A DNA stretch of 64,000 bases, taken from the IMG/VR virus record IMGVR_UViG_3300043411_001076; one strand, given 5' to 3'. A model generated the notes under the pieces. It was not told the DNA's origin, searched no databases, and saw only the letters and a program-made list of their open reading frames with translations. The position numbers were made by a program, and so were the translations under genes. The stretch comes from a virus. Lineage: Duplodnaviria > Heunggongvirae > Uroviricota > Caudoviricetes. Below, one piece after another: positions 18,649 through 28,883 of the stretch (the first letter of the stretch is position 1; every line of letters starts with the position of its first letter).

Positions 18649-19704
18649 ATGGACTTTGAAAGGCTATTAACACTTGCCTTAGAGGGGGATAAGGCAGTAT
18701 TAAACGATATAAAAGCAGAAGCAAAAAGAAGATGTTCCCCTTATATGCACTTGGTATATGGTCTTCTAAAAGAAATAGGAGACGAGAATATAGACTACAA
18801 TTACAAATCGTCGTTTTCTAATATACTAGAGAAAAATGTTGAAACTCTAAAGGGTTTAAGCAATGAAGAGTATGAAGTACTGAGGTTAATAGCAAGTAAA
18901 ATACCGTATTACAAGAGAAGTAGTCCGTTAAAGAAGGACAATATGTATAACGATTCTATTTTTAGACTGTGTACATATTTTAAAATAGACTCCGTAGTCT
19001 GTATGCATAACGTTCAAAGACTAAACTCTGTACATGGTAAATACTTAGAGAAAAACCTAGCGTATAAGATTTCTGAAACGGTTTCAGATAATAAAGAAAT
19101 CTATAAATTTATTAGAAGTGTTAAGGATAACACACGATTCCTTGATATCCCTACAAATTTAGCAAATTTAATTTACTATCCAAATGTATACAAGAACAAA
19201 CGTGTTAGTTGGGACGTACTGTACAATTTAAAATACTTAAAATTATCTGGGCTGAATTTTGGAAATGGTAAAATAAATCCTTTAATAGAAGCTGCACCAC
19301 ATTTAGAGTTTTTGGATGTTAATGCATTTGAGTTAAAACAAGATTCTCTACCAGAAACTATGAATCTAAAAGTCCTAAAAATATCAAATAGTGTAGGACT
19401 TAATAATATTAATCTGCCTTATACTGAGCATATGCAGATAGATAAGTTAATATTATCTGATCCGATCTCAGCGGCAGATTTTAATAGTTTTAAAAAACTA
19501 CTTTATATACTATTTAATAGTAAATATAGCATACATAAGGTACACTACGGTATTTCAAATTATTTCTATGGAAAGAAGGGGAAAATAAATGTAAAATGGT
19601 ATACGATAGATACATCTACTGATAGTATCGATGATATTTATCGTGACTTAGAGAGGATCAGTAAAAAATTAATGTTAAAAGAGAGCAACGCAGATAAATC
19701 TTAG
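18649..19704 (+). CDS. MDxERL paralog family protein 4
   Basis: MDFERLLTLALEGD...KRRCSPYMH...YYKRS. Confidence 0.6.
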   Translation: MDFERLLTLALEGDKAVLNDIKAEAKRRCSPYMHLVYGLLKEIGDENIDYNYKSSFSNILEKNVETLKGLSNEEYEVLRLIASKIPYYKRSSPLKKDNMYNDSIFRLCTYFKIDSVVCMHNVQRLNSVHGKYLEKNLAYKISETVSDNKEIYKFIRSVKDNTRFLDIPTNLANLIYYPNVYKNKRVSWDVLYNLKYLKLSGLNFGNGKINPLIEAAPHLEFLDVNAFELKQDSLPETMNLKVLKISNSVGLNNINLPYTEHMQIDKLILSDPISAADFNSFKKLLYILFNSKYSIHKVHYGISNYFYGKKGKINVKWYTIDTSTDSIDDIYRDLERISKKLMLKESNADKS

Positions 19705-20516
19705 GTTATCTTCGATAGGTTAGGGAAACAGTATTTCAAGGCTGCTCTATCAGCTATCTTCAAAGTATCACCTAGTTTTAAAGTATGTAATTTCGGGGAT
19801 TTTAATAAGTATAGATTCTCTATATCCCTAATAGGATTCTTACTAAGAATTAGAACCCCTAGATTTGGGAATCGACATTTTTCCAGTCCTTCTAAAGATG
19901 TCACTGCATTATTCGTTAAATTTAGCAACTGTAATTTTTTACAGTTCAATTCATGTAAATTATAAATACTATTAATTAAATTGTTACCAAGATCTAAGTA
20001 TTTAAGATTTGGCAAATTCCATGTACGTATTAGGTCTATATCAGTTATCTTATTGTAATCTAATGAAAGATGACTTAAACTTGGAAAACTTAGATTCTCA
20101 CTGCCTTCTAAAGAGCTTATTTGATTATTGACACATATTAGTTTATCTAAAGATATTGCGTTTAAATAATTGATTCCTGCTAAAGAAGAAATACCTGTAT
20201 CAGTTATCCATAGTTCTTTAAGATTATTAGCATTTACTCCTGTAAGCCACTGGATATCGTTTAAAGCTTTATTGTTAAATTCCCATTTCTCTCCATTCAA
20301 ATCCAGATTAATATTATAATTGGTTTTAAGATATTCTAAAAGAAAGTCTGGATTTGCTCCTCTTCTACTTAATAGAGAATAGTAGGTTGAAAGGAGTGAT
20401 GGGTCTGTTGGATTTAGTCGAATTAAATGTTCCAATCTCTCCAATACAGAATCGCTAGAAGCTCTAATATGCTTTGCTAGTTTCTTAATAGACTTGTGGA
20501 TAGTCATAAAATACAA
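19701..20516 (-). CDS. leucine-rich repeat (internalin/SDS22-type LRR) protein, IKKLA paralog 1
   Basis: ~22-residue repeats LxxLxxLxLxxNxIxxIxxL (e.g. LNLTNNAVTSLEGLEKCRFPNLGVLILSKNPIRDIENL); N-terminal IKKLAKHIR shared with 20525 and 22282 genes. Confidence 0.7.
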   Translation of the reverse strand: MYFMTIHKSIKKLAKHIRASSDSVLERLEHLIRLNPTDPSLLSTYYSLLSRRGANPDFLLEYLKTNYNINLDLNGEKWEFNNKALNDIQWLTGVNANNLKELWITDTGISSLAGINYLNAISLDKLICVNNQISSLEGSENLSFPSLSHLSLDYNKITDIDLIRTWNLPNLKYLDLGNNLINSIYNLHELNCKKLQLLNLTNNAVTSLEGLEKCRFPNLGVLILSKNPIRDIENLYLLKSPKLHTLKLGDTLKIADRAALKYCFPNLSKIT

Positions 20517-20524
20517 CTCACAAT

Positions 20525-21109
20525 TTATATTAAAATTTCAGCGTCTGGGAATTTCAATTGAAGACTATCGTACACAACACTTTTATTAATTATGGGATTT
20601 TTTGTGAGATCTAAAGTTTTCAAATTATCTGCGTCTAATTCTAATAATTCATCCACATGAGTCAGATTGTTTGATGATAGAATAAGATGCTCTAAATTAT
20701 CAGCCTTAAGATTCTGTAAGTCTCTTAAAGAAACTAACATATTATTGGCTACTAAAATGCTCTGTAGATTAGGAGCAATAAGCCCACCTATTCCTCTAAG
20801 GCTTACCAACTCATTATTAGATAAATCTAATTCTTCAAGATTATTTAGTCTCAAACCGCTCATCCATAAAATATGTGGGACTCCATGATTAAATAAATCT
20901 AAAAATGGGGATTTTATATCTAATACATCACCACCAATAAAATTATCTAAGTAATAAGGATAAGCCCCAGACCTGGACCATAGTTTATTATATAACTGCC
21001 AAGCTAAAACATTACTATCATTCTTTTTCAACTTAGCGGCTGCATTATCTAGTTCTCTCTGATTTGCAATCCGAATCATACTAGCTAATTTTTTTATCTC
21101 TGTATACAT
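20525..21109 (-). CDS. leucine-rich repeat protein, IKKLA paralog 2
   Basis: NLEELDLSNNELVSLRGIGGLIAPNLQSILVANNMLVSLRDLQNL... LRR units; N-terminal EIKKLASMIR. Confidence 0.7.
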   Translation of the reverse strand: MYTEIKKLASMIRIANQRELDNAAAKLKKNDSNVLAWQLYNKLWSRSGAYPYYLDNFIGGDVLDIKSPFLDLFNHGVPHILWMSGLRLNNLEELDLSNNELVSLRGIGGLIAPNLQSILVANNMLVSLRDLQNLKADNLEHLILSSNNLTHVDELLELDADNLKTLDLTKNPIINKSVVYDSLQLKFPDAEILI

Positions 21110-21183
21110 AACTACCTAAATTTGTGATTTATTATATAAAATCGGTATTTGTTTTCGGGGCTTATACTATAAGGAACAAGAGA

Positions 21184-22239
21184 ATGGAACTAGAAAGAAT
21201 TTATTCTTTAGCGTCATTAAAAGATCCATCATATGCCTCTTCTATTTTATCAGAAGGAAATAGAAGAAACGACCCATTAATTTCATTAATTGCTCACCTT
21301 CTGGATTTATATTCTTCTAAGCTATCCGTAAACTCTGTTGACAGTAATATGGTTAAAGAAGATTATAGAACGAGTTCTACATACAGTAGAATCCTTACTC
21401 AATATAAGCAACTTATTGATTCATTATCAGAAGAACAGATTCAGTATTTAATCACGTTAACAGAGGGACTTAATTATAGATACAAGTTATGTCCACCAAA
21501 ACTAAAAGACATATCGACTAATATACTCAAGCTCTGTAATTATTTTTGTATAACGAAAACTAATTTCATGGACCAATTACATTACCATGCTGTTACACAT
21601 CCAAGTATAAATAAAGAACTAAGATATGATCTTATGCTAGGAACTCACCTACCAATTTCAGATTTTTTAGGAAATAGTAAACAACATGGGGTACTTAAAA
21701 GACTTAGAATTCCAACATCTCAACTATTAACTTTGGAAGATCAGGGTTCGGTAGGGAACGTGGATTATTTGTATTTAGATTATATTAATAGGCATACAGC
21801 TATGCGGTTTACACATCGAAAAACCATAGAAGAAGCTTATTATAAGGCTTTTACATTATTTTCTAATTTGAAACATCTCAAAATATTAAATTTTCAATAT
21901 GACAATATTCCATTACCTTCTTTAGAATCTTTGGAATTGGATGTAACTTTCGATCCAAGATGTGATATACAGTCAGACAAATTAATTAATTATGTAAATA
22001 GATTTATAAATGTGAAAAAACTCATCATATCTAATAAAATAAATGTGAGATCCAATATTAATGGGGAACTATACCTAGAGCCAGGAGATATAAAATTATT
22101 ATGGATGTTGGAAAAATCTAAAATAGATAATTTATATGTGAAAGTAAAATCTCGGCAGAATACTATTCTAGTAAATTCTACTCCTGGAACCGACTACTGT
22201 TCTTCTATCTTTAACAAGATTAAGGAACTTGACAGTTAA
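21184..22239 (+). CDS. MDxERL paralog family protein 5
   Basis: MELERIYSLASLKD...NRRNDPLISL; ORF-track start 21124 extended, ATG 21184 preceded by TAAGGAACAAGAGA like the other paralogs. Confidence 0.55.
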   Translation: MELERIYSLASLKDPSYASSILSEGNRRNDPLISLIAHLLDLYSSKLSVNSVDSNMVKEDYRTSSTYSRILTQYKQLIDSLSEEQIQYLITLTEGLNYRYKLCPPKLKDISTNILKLCNYFCITKTNFMDQLHYHAVTHPSINKELRYDLMLGTHLPISDFLGNSKQHGVLKRLRIPTSQLLTLEDQGSVGNVDYLYLDYINRHTAMRFTHRKTIEEAYYKAFTLFSNLKHLKILNFQYDNIPLPSLESLELDVTFDPRCDIQSDKLINYVNRFINVKKLIISNKINVRSNINGELYLEPGDIKLLWMLEKSKIDNLYVKVKSRQNTILVNSTPGTDYCSSIFNKIKELDS

Positions 22240-22248
22240 AATATGTAG

Positions 22249-22274
22249 GAACTATGACACAAAAGTCATAGTTC
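22249..22274. terminator. hairpin between convergent genes
   Basis: GAACTATGAC-acaaaa-GTCATAGTTC, 10-bp stem, no T-run. Confidence 0.4.
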
Positions 22275-22281
22275 ATATATG

Positions 22282-23088
22282 TCAAGTAATTATAGTCAAA
22301 TTTTTATGTTTTTTTGATTTATATATTTGATTTGCTAGATTAGGATCTAAACCTAATAAATAAACATCTAGACCTTTTGTCCTTCCCTCTGCTAGTTTGT
22401 TCAACTGATTTACGATATATGGCGCATTGGACAGAGGGTTTCCATTTAAGAACAGATTTTTTAATTTAGGAAAATTTAAATCCTCAATTCCATCTAGATC
22501 GTAGATTTTATTTAATACAAGATGTATGTTTTTCAAATTAGGTGCTGTTATATGAGATAATTCAGATATGTGACTTATATTGTTATGGTTTAACAACAGA
22601 TTTCTTAATACAGGAGCATCCATTTGCGGGATTTTCGATATTTTATTCTTTTCTAAATTTATTCTTATTACCTTAGATAAGTCTAATGTGGACAGATCAT
22701 CAATATCTGTAAGCTTATTATTAGAAAAATCAATCTCTATCAAGTTAGGAGTAATAGCATCTCCTAATCCTTCTATTGATGTGAGATTAGCGTAGTCATA
22801 AGCAAGGACTTCTAAATTAGGAAAAGTAAGCCCTGCCATCCATTGTAAATCATCAACCGCACCGCCTAAGTTAAAAGCATCCAAGTGTAAATAGAAACCA
22901 TACGTCTCTGATACCCAATTTATGTATATTTCTGGATCTTCCGTTAGTCTATTACATAATTTAAGATAGGCTTTTCTAATAGAAACATCTCTAGGATCAA
23001 GTTGTAATCGTCTTCCTAGAATTTCTAATTCTGCATTGGTTGATGACAAGCGAATATGAGAAGCGATTCTTTTTATTGCTTTAAACAT
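22282..23088 (-). CDS. leucine-rich repeat protein, IKKLA paralog 3
   Basis: LRR units LxxLxLxxNKIxxIxxL (e.g. LKNLFLNGNPLSNAPY, IRINLEKNKISKIPQM); N-terminal FKAIKRIASHIR. Confidence 0.7.
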   Translation of the reverse strand: MFKAIKRIASHIRLSSTNAELEILGRRLQLDPRDVSIRKAYLKLCNRLTEDPEIYINWVSETYGFYLHLDAFNLGGAVDDLQWMAGLTFPNLEVLAYDYANLTSIEGLGDAITPNLIEIDFSNNKLTDIDDLSTLDLSKVIRINLEKNKISKIPQMDAPVLRNLLLNHNNISHISELSHITAPNLKNIHLVLNKIYDLDGIEDLNFPKLKNLFLNGNPLSNAPYIVNQLNKLAEGRTKGLDVYLLGLDPNLANQIYKSKKHKNLTIIT

Positions 23089-23120
23089 ATTAATTTTCCA
23101 TAGTTAATATAAAATAAAAA

Positions 23121-23149
23121 GGGGAAGTATCTACTTCCCCTTTTTATTT
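23121..23149. terminator. bidirectional intrinsic terminator
   Basis: AAAAA-GGGGAAGTATCTACTTCCCC-TTTTTATTT. Confidence 0.65.
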
Positions 23150-23163
23150 GTTAATTATAAATT

Positions 23164-26100
23164 TTACTGTTCGCATCCACCAGCAGAGCAGGCAGCTTCA
23201 CCTTGAAATGAAGTTCCATCTTCTAATTCAAGCATAAATTCATAGTTCACAGGCTTGAAATTAGAAACAATATTATTCCATAGGAATTCATCTTTTTCAG
23301 TAACTACTTCTTCTCTTGGAGCAAAGGCATAATCTTTATCTCCTGAGTAGGGAAGCATCGAGATACCAGAAAACTGGAACCTTCTATCCCATAAGAAATG
23401 TTTTACATCTTCCCATTCATCAGGTTTAACAACGACGGTATTAGACACATTATTCTTAAGTCCTGGATTATCAGTATCTCTGGCAGTTCCGTAAGCAATC
23501 CAATTAGTCTGTGTCAAGAATACCCTCTCCAAAAATTCTAAAGCCGTCATATCATTTCTTGTTACTGCTCCTTCAGGAGCTTCTACACAGAACGTAATAA
23601 CATCTTCTGTGTCATTAACCTTTTCACACATATGGGGATTTATACTCTTGAAAAATTGATAAACTGCTTCACCTGGAGACATACGAACACGTCTAAAATA
23701 TCTCTTAGCATGATGCGGATGTATTCCACTACCCACACAACCTAGAGCTAAGGACGCTGTACCTGAAGGTTTTACTGCGGTAAGTCTAGCAGCAGAATTA
23801 ATACCTAGTAGGGCAGAAAACTTTTCATTTACTTCTTTGCATAATAAGGCTGCCCTTCTCTGAAGATCGGCATTAAAAGCAATAGCAGGGTTATCTACCA
23901 TTCCCGTCATAGAAACGCCCAACAAGGCATCTCTACGAGCAAGTAACTCTGTCACTGGTCCTAAATATGGAAAATCTGTATATCCAGCTTGGCAAGTACC
24001 AATGATTGTAGCTGCCGTCACCGATTCTAAAAATTCTTCTTCTGTCTTACATGCTGCAACATTTACTTCTGATAAATTACAAAACGACCAACCACATAAG
24101 ATATCTCCAATATTGACATTAATATTTCTTTCTTTTAAGAAGATTTGGGCTTTAGAATCAACAACATAGAAAGGATTGAATTGGACCTCGCTACAATTTC
24201 CACTAACAATACCATTAGCGATTACGCTATTCGTTTCGGGCTGAGTGAGACAGTACACATCTGTTCTCTCATCCATTTTCGTAATAGAAACTATTTTTGT
24301 AATGTGTCTTTCGGGCTTATTACAATCTCTACCTCGTTCGTCTAAAACCTGTGTAAGTCTTCTTCCTTTTGCCCCAGGTAATTTAATTGTATTTTCAAAA
24401 GTTATACAATTAGGACGGCTAATAATAAGTTCGTGCATAGGTTGGCATAGATAATCTTTATGGCCACCCTTTCCATCAGGTAACTTACGATAAGCTTCTT
24501 CAGTTCTCCTATACACCTTAGAAACAATTCCAAAACCCATCAAAAGATTTTGAATATCTTCCAATAAATCTCGATTAACTTGTGAAATTCTTAATGAAAC
24601 CGTTTTCTTTTTATCCTTTCCAGAACACAAGACAGTTCCATCAGATACAATCATTCCTGCAATATAGCCAGCCACCATTTCTTTGGTTCCCTTCCAAACA
24701 ACTTCTGGAACCATTTTTTTCAGATCACTGGTAGACTGTCCCTGTAAAATATTCTCAACTACTTTATAGAAATTTGCACCCCCTATTCTCTTTTTTGTTC
24801 CATGATCTTGACTATGCCACCCCAAATCATTTTTATTATTTAATTTGAATAGTTGTCTCTGATCATTAACAATCTTATGTAGTAAATCAGATAATTCGAA
24901 GTCCGACTCCCAAATGTCTATAAACGCACTTTTACCGCTGAAACATCCATCTCCTGTAAGCATTCCGAGAATAAATCCTTGATCCCAGCTTCCCTCCCTC
25001 CCAAATCTTACAGAACCAGAGTTTAACAAAAGAGTATCCCCAACAGATAACTCATGCGTTTCCTTTCTTCCATTAAAAGTAGGGAATTTATGGTTTTCTG
25101 TTACTTTTAATCTCTGCCCATGTTCTGTCTGTATCTCAAATACTTCTGCGCTCTTTTTGGTAAGGAACGCAGAAGTTGCCTTTCTTAGTTTATTTCCCTT
25201 TAATTCTGGAAATATCAGATCCCCTTTACCAACTCTGGTATCTGTATTAACACATAAGGGTATCCCATTTTTCTCCATATCTCCGATTTTCATCCATCCT
25301 TTACTTGTAGAGATCCTAGTATCAGGATGGAAACACGGATTTGTGCCGTAATCTAGACTATCTACAAATAAGAACCCAGGCTCTCCATATTCTTTTGTAG
25401 ATCTAAATAGTCTGCTATACTGTTCAAAAGTTGCTTGACTTCTTAATAGTACTGCCGAATTATTAGCGCGAGATCTCCAAGGATGTGTTTTCCACCATTC
25501 TCCAGTTTTAGCATTAATCATTTCCTCATCATCAATAGAAAATAAGGAAATCGAAGCACTGCGACGGACACCCCCAGCTAATACAGCTTCGCTAGCTAAA
25601 CATACGATGTCATGGCATTCAATAGGTCTTAAATGCCTGCCTTGAACTGAATCTAGTACTTTCCTAATACGACGAATTGCCAATTTAAGAGGGATATGTC
25701 CTGGTGCTCTACCGCCTGATGTAGACAGGTAAGATCCTTTACCTCTTATTTGACTATAAGAAAATTCGGTATAGTAGTCTCCTTCGACATAAGACATAAT
25801 AAGTGCATGCAATGCATCTGCCCATCCTTGGATCGTATCTTCTACGATATGATGTCTTACTTTGTCTTTATTAATATGCTTTAAAGGAGCTAATTGCGCG
25901 ACATGGTGCTTCTGTACTGAAAACCCTGTACCGCATCCACAGAGAAGTAAGAAAAAGGCTTCTTTAAAGAAAGAAAAACGATTGCATGGGCTAAAGCTAC
26001 AATTATAAATTCGTTCATTGATCGCTTTTACGCCCTTACCACCAAACTGCATAGATCGCATACTTGGAAGGGAAACACGATCTCTAACTTTATTAAAAGC

Positions 26101-26607
26101 CCATCTGATATCATTTTCAATTTGAGGAAACTTTTCAATGTGCATATTCTGTACACGGTCTATACTTTCCCCATGTACTTCGCGTCTAAATACTTCCTTC
26201 TTATACTGAGAATATTTAGCAACGTGAATGAAATCTGCTATTACTTCTTTAGGTAATCCTGGAAGCCTTTGATTTCTAAGTTCACTTCTCTTATTTCTAT
26301 AAAGAATATAAGACTTGGCTGCTTGGGGTAGATTAGCGCCAACTAAGATGTTTTCGACAATATCTTGAATAAGTTCTACATCAACGAAATCTTTATTTTC
26401 GGTGTCATTTGTCTTAGACAGTAAGATATACTGTGAAACTGCCTTACAAACATTATTTGTTAAATCTTCTAAATTATAAGTTTTAACATCATCACAAGAT
26501 AGTAAGCATTTATAAATAGCGTCTTTTATTTTTCCCTTTTCAAACGAGACAAGAGAACCATTTCGCTTTTTCACTAAAAAATTGGTATCGTAAATCGACA
26601 TGGACAA
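23164..26607 (-). CDS. ribonucleotide reductase catalytic subunit (ATP-cone; class II-like NPC[S]E active-site motif) interrupted by an intein
   Basis: N-terminal ATP-cone-like region; extein junction GTNP|CSEVQF matches RNR active-site NPCGE; C-terminal redox pair C-x4-C (AACSAGGCEQ); 380-aa Hint+LAGLIDADG insertion. Confidence 0.85.
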   Translation of the reverse strand: MSMSIYDTNFLVKKRNGSLVSFEKGKIKDAIYKCLLSCDDVKTYNLEDLTNNVCKAVSQYILLSKTNDTENKDFVDVELIQDIVENILVGANLPQAAKSYILYRNKRSELRNQRLPGLPKEVIADFIHVAKYSQYKKEVFRREVHGESIDRVQNMHIEKFPQIENDIRWAFNKVRDRVSLPSMRSMQFGGKGVKAINERIYNCSFSPCNRFSFFKEAFFLLLCGCGTGFSVQKHHVAQLAPLKHINKDKVRHHIVEDTIQGWADALHALIMSYVEGDYYTEFSYSQIRGKGSYLSTSGGRAPGHIPLKLAIRRIRKVLDSVQGRHLRPIECHDIVCLASEAVLAGGVRRSASISLFSIDDEEMINAKTGEWWKTHPWRSRANNSAVLLRSQATFEQYSRLFRSTKEYGEPGFLFVDSLDYGTNPCFHPDTRISTSKGWMKIGDMEKNGIPLCVNTDTRVGKGDLIFPELKGNKLRKATSAFLTKKSAEVFEIQTEHGQRLKVTENHKFPTFNGRKETHELSVGDTLLLNSGSVRFGREGSWDQGFILGMLTGDGCFSGKSAFIDIWESDFELSDLLHKIVNDQRQLFKLNNKNDLGWHSQDHGTKKRIGGANFYKVVENILQGQSTSDLKKMVPEVVWKGTKEMVAGYIAGMIVSDGTVLCSGKDKKKTVSLRISQVNRDLLEDIQNLLMGFGIVSKVYRRTEEAYRKLPDGKGGHKDYLCQPMHELIISRPNCITFENTIKLPGAKGRRLTQVLDERGRDCNKPERHITKIVSITKMDERTDVYCLTQPETNSVIANGIVSGNCSEVQFNPFYVVDSKAQIFLKERNINVNIGDILCGWSFCNLSEVNVAACKTEEEFLESVTAATIIGTCQAGYTDFPYLGPVTELLARRDALLGVSMTGMVDNPAIAFNADLQRRAALLCKEVNEKFSALLGINSAARLTAVKPSGTASLALGCVGSGIHPHHAKRYFRRVRMSPGEAVYQFFKSINPHMCEKVNDTEDVITFCVEAPEGAVTRNDMTALEFLERVFLTQTNWIAYGTARDTDNPGLKNNVSNTVVVKPDEWEDVKHFLWDRRFQFSGISMLPYSGDKDYAFAPREEVVTEKDEFLWNNIVSNFKPVNYEFMLELEDGTSFQGEAACSAGGCEQ
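24196..25335 (-). mobile_element. intein (Hint domain + LAGLIDADG homing endonuclease) inserted at RNR catalytic Cys
   Basis: Starts CFHPDTRISTSKGW (block A), LAGLIDADG motifs ILGMLTGDGCF and IAGMIVSDGTV, ends VYCLTQPETNSVIANGIVSGN followed by +1 Cys (blocks F/G); aa 425-804 of host protein. Confidence 0.75.
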
Positions 26608-26755
26608 CTCCGAAAAAAATAAACAACATCTATTTATTCACCATGTCCTTCGAAAAGGTCACTGGTAAATAGATAGAAACTATAAAGGTAAAAACTACAG
26701 GATAACCTATTGACTTGTTCTATAGGGCCGCAAAAGAATTTAACAATTTTTTAAA

Positions 26756-27133
26756 TTATAATTTTCTTAAAATCAATCTATTTTTTAACATATTCCGTAA
26801 ATATGTATACTTATCATTTAGACGTATAGCTTCTTCGTCATTCGTATTTAAAACATAAGATAAAACCAGCATTTCGATATCAATCTTTATGTTGTCAATA
26901 GCTTGATATAATGTAATACCTAATCCCCATAAATCAAGATCTGGAATATGCGCCATCTTAAATGCTTCACTGCGTTTTCTATCCTTTGAGTATACTATTA
27001 TTTCAAAGGGTGGATGGAACTGATAGTATTTATCATCAGTTTTAATAAACTGTAGCATAGTTCTACTGATGGGCTTTACGATTGAATCTTTATTAAATGG
27101 ACCATTCCCATCGGTAGAACTATTAGATGACAT
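26756..27133 (-). CDS. hypothetical protein
   Basis: 125-aa ORF in co-directional block. Confidence 0.45.
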   Translation of the reverse strand: MSSNSSTDGNGPFNKDSIVKPISRTMLQFIKTDDKYYQFHPPFEIIVYSKDRKRSEAFKMAHIPDLDLWGLGITLYQAIDNIKIDIEMLVLSYVLNTNDEEAIRLNDKYTYLRNMLKNRLILRKL

Positions 27134-27160
27134 ACATATAGCCCTTATGTATTATATTTT

Positions 27161-27922
27161 TTAGTTTATAACAGATCCTTTTGCTTTAAATCTAATTCCA
27201 AGCTTAGTTAGGATTTTTAGTAGTTCACTAGGAGTCAATTTTTCTACTAACTTCTTATTTTGGTTATAAAAATTTAACAGTCTTTGGCTATCTGATTTAT
27301 TTTGGATGGTGTAAGTATTAGTTGAAGTATCTCCAACTTCAATGTCTACTGTAGACCCGTCAACAGAGATAATATGAAAACCTTTACCTGTGATATCATA
27401 TAGAACTTTATCTGAGATATCAGATAAATACTCTAAGTCTTCGTATATCACACCAGAAACCTTAGTATAAACAGTGCAGCTTCCTAAATCATCTACCTCT
27501 CTATCTTTAAATCTTTTAACAATTATATTGTAGCACTGATCAAAACTAAAATCACCTTTTGTCAACATGCTCATAATAGCTTTTACATTTCTCTTCTGCG
27601 TTTCTATGATTGAAGAATTGATAGGCTCCATAACTTCATTGGAATGAATATCAAAATTTACATAAAAAATGTGATTCTTTCCTGATTTTATTTTTCCTTT
27701 GATAAATTGTATATGAATCGACGTTTGTGCTTTAGACATCTTCTTTATAAAGACATAAGCAAAGAAGTCTTTCCCTTTCCAGCTTCTCTGTAACTCTCCC
27801 TTTCTCCAAGCAGTTTTATAGTTGAGATATTCTATATACGGACGTACATCAGTTGGATTTTTATTTGCCTCTTCTTTTAAATTAGATAATGTATTGTTCG
27901 TATCAAAAATATTAAATGACAT
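27161..27922 (-). CDS. hypothetical protein
   Basis: 253-aa ORF. Confidence 0.5.
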   Translation of the reverse strand: MSFNIFDTNNTLSNLKEEANKNPTDVRPYIEYLNYKTAWRKGELQRSWKGKDFFAYVFIKKMSKAQTSIHIQFIKGKIKSGKNHIFYVNFDIHSNEVMEPINSSIIETQKRNVKAIMSMLTKGDFSFDQCYNIIVKRFKDREVDDLGSCTVYTKVSGVIYEDLEYLSDISDKVLYDITGKGFHIISVDGSTVDIEVGDTSTNTYTIQNKSDSQRLLNFYNQNKKLVEKLTPSELLKILTKLGIRFKAKGSVIN

Positions 27923-27953
27923 ATACCCTCTTACTTATTATTTTGTTTTATTA

Positions 27954-28883
27954 TTAGGATCTGGCTAATAAACTAGGTCTTCCTAATCCCAAACCTGCTG
28001 GACGTGGTGTAGACAACATTCCAGGGGATCTTCCTAATCCTAATCCAGCAGGCTTTGTAGGAGCACCATCATCTTCAGAGGGAGGCATAGATAGTCCAGG
28101 TGGCTTCGGTATATCTTTTCCAGCATAGGCATCAAATTTTCCTTTTGCTTTTGAAAAGTCTTCATCCTCTTTCTTTTCTTCCCAAGGTTCATCACCTACC
28201 GCAAAACCTTTCCTCGCTTTTAAATCATAAACTTTTGCCATAAGACCGTTAGATTTTAATAGTTTATGGAACTCTTGTGGTGTAATATTTTTAAGAACTT
28301 CTTCTTTTTCTCGCATCTTGTTTACAAATTTTTCTGCTTCTCGCGCATCATTATATAAAGCTGTTATATAATAATCTTTGCCGAAATATCCTTGGATCAT
28401 ATCAAATCCAAAGGTTAATTTTACGGTAGGGGACACCACTTTAAATATTTGCTTTTTCTGATCCTTATATTCTGTTTTACCTTTCTTTAAGGACACAAAA
28501 GACCTGTCATCTGCTTTAAATAATTTTGCTACGACTTTTTGTAAATCAGAAACAGCATTATCATATGTCATAGAATCAGACTGTGACCACCTAGCTACTA
28601 GCTGATCCATGATTTTGACAAAATTTAAGTAATCCTCCAATCCCTTCTTTTTTAAATCTGCTTTATCTACCAGCAGTGTTATTGAATCCTTCATATCCCC
28701 TGTTGTTGTCTTATCGACTAATCTAAGAATAAAAATCTTCGCATCAGGATCGTATTTTTGTAAAACGACATTGGGATTTCTTGATAGAGGTGTGGCTGCT
28801 AACCGAATAAGCCTTGCCATCTTTCTTATGGTTCTGATTAATTTAGCTTTTTTATACATAGTAATCCATTTTTTAAGTTCCAA
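27954..28883 (-). CDS. hypothetical protein with C-terminal PAGLGLGR repeats
   Basis: 309-aa ORF; C-terminal repeated PAGLGLGRSP / PAGLGLGRPS mirrored by a DNA direct repeat. Confidence 0.5.
   Translation of the reverse strand: MELKKWITMYKKAKLIRTIRKMARLIRLAATPLSRNPNVVLQKYDPDAKIFILRLVDKTTTGDMKDSITLLVDKADLKKKGLEDYLNFVKIMDQLVARWSQSDSMTYDNAVSDLQKVVAKLFKADDRSFVSLKKGKTEYKDQKKQIFKVVSPTVKLTFGFDMIQGYFGKDYYITALYNDAREAEKFVNKMREKEEVLKNITPQEFHKLLKSNGLMAKVYDLKARKGFAVGDEPWEEKKEDEDFSKAKGKFDAYAGKDIPKPPGLSMPPSEDDGAPTKPAGLGLGRSPGMLSTPRPAGLGLGRPSLLARS

Noticed and set aside
15565-23088. CRISPR array or diversity-generating retroelement explaining the repeated genes
   Set aside because: The repeats are whole divergent protein-coding paralogs, not short DNA direct repeats with spacers. 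No reverse transcriptase or template-repeat pair was found.
23164-26607. Class III (anaerobic) RNR paired with the nearby NrdG-like activase
   Set aside because: The C-terminus has a C-x4-C redox pair and no glycyl-radical RxCGY motif. The active site NPC[S]E and the ATP cone fit class II (or class I), so the activase is an orphan.
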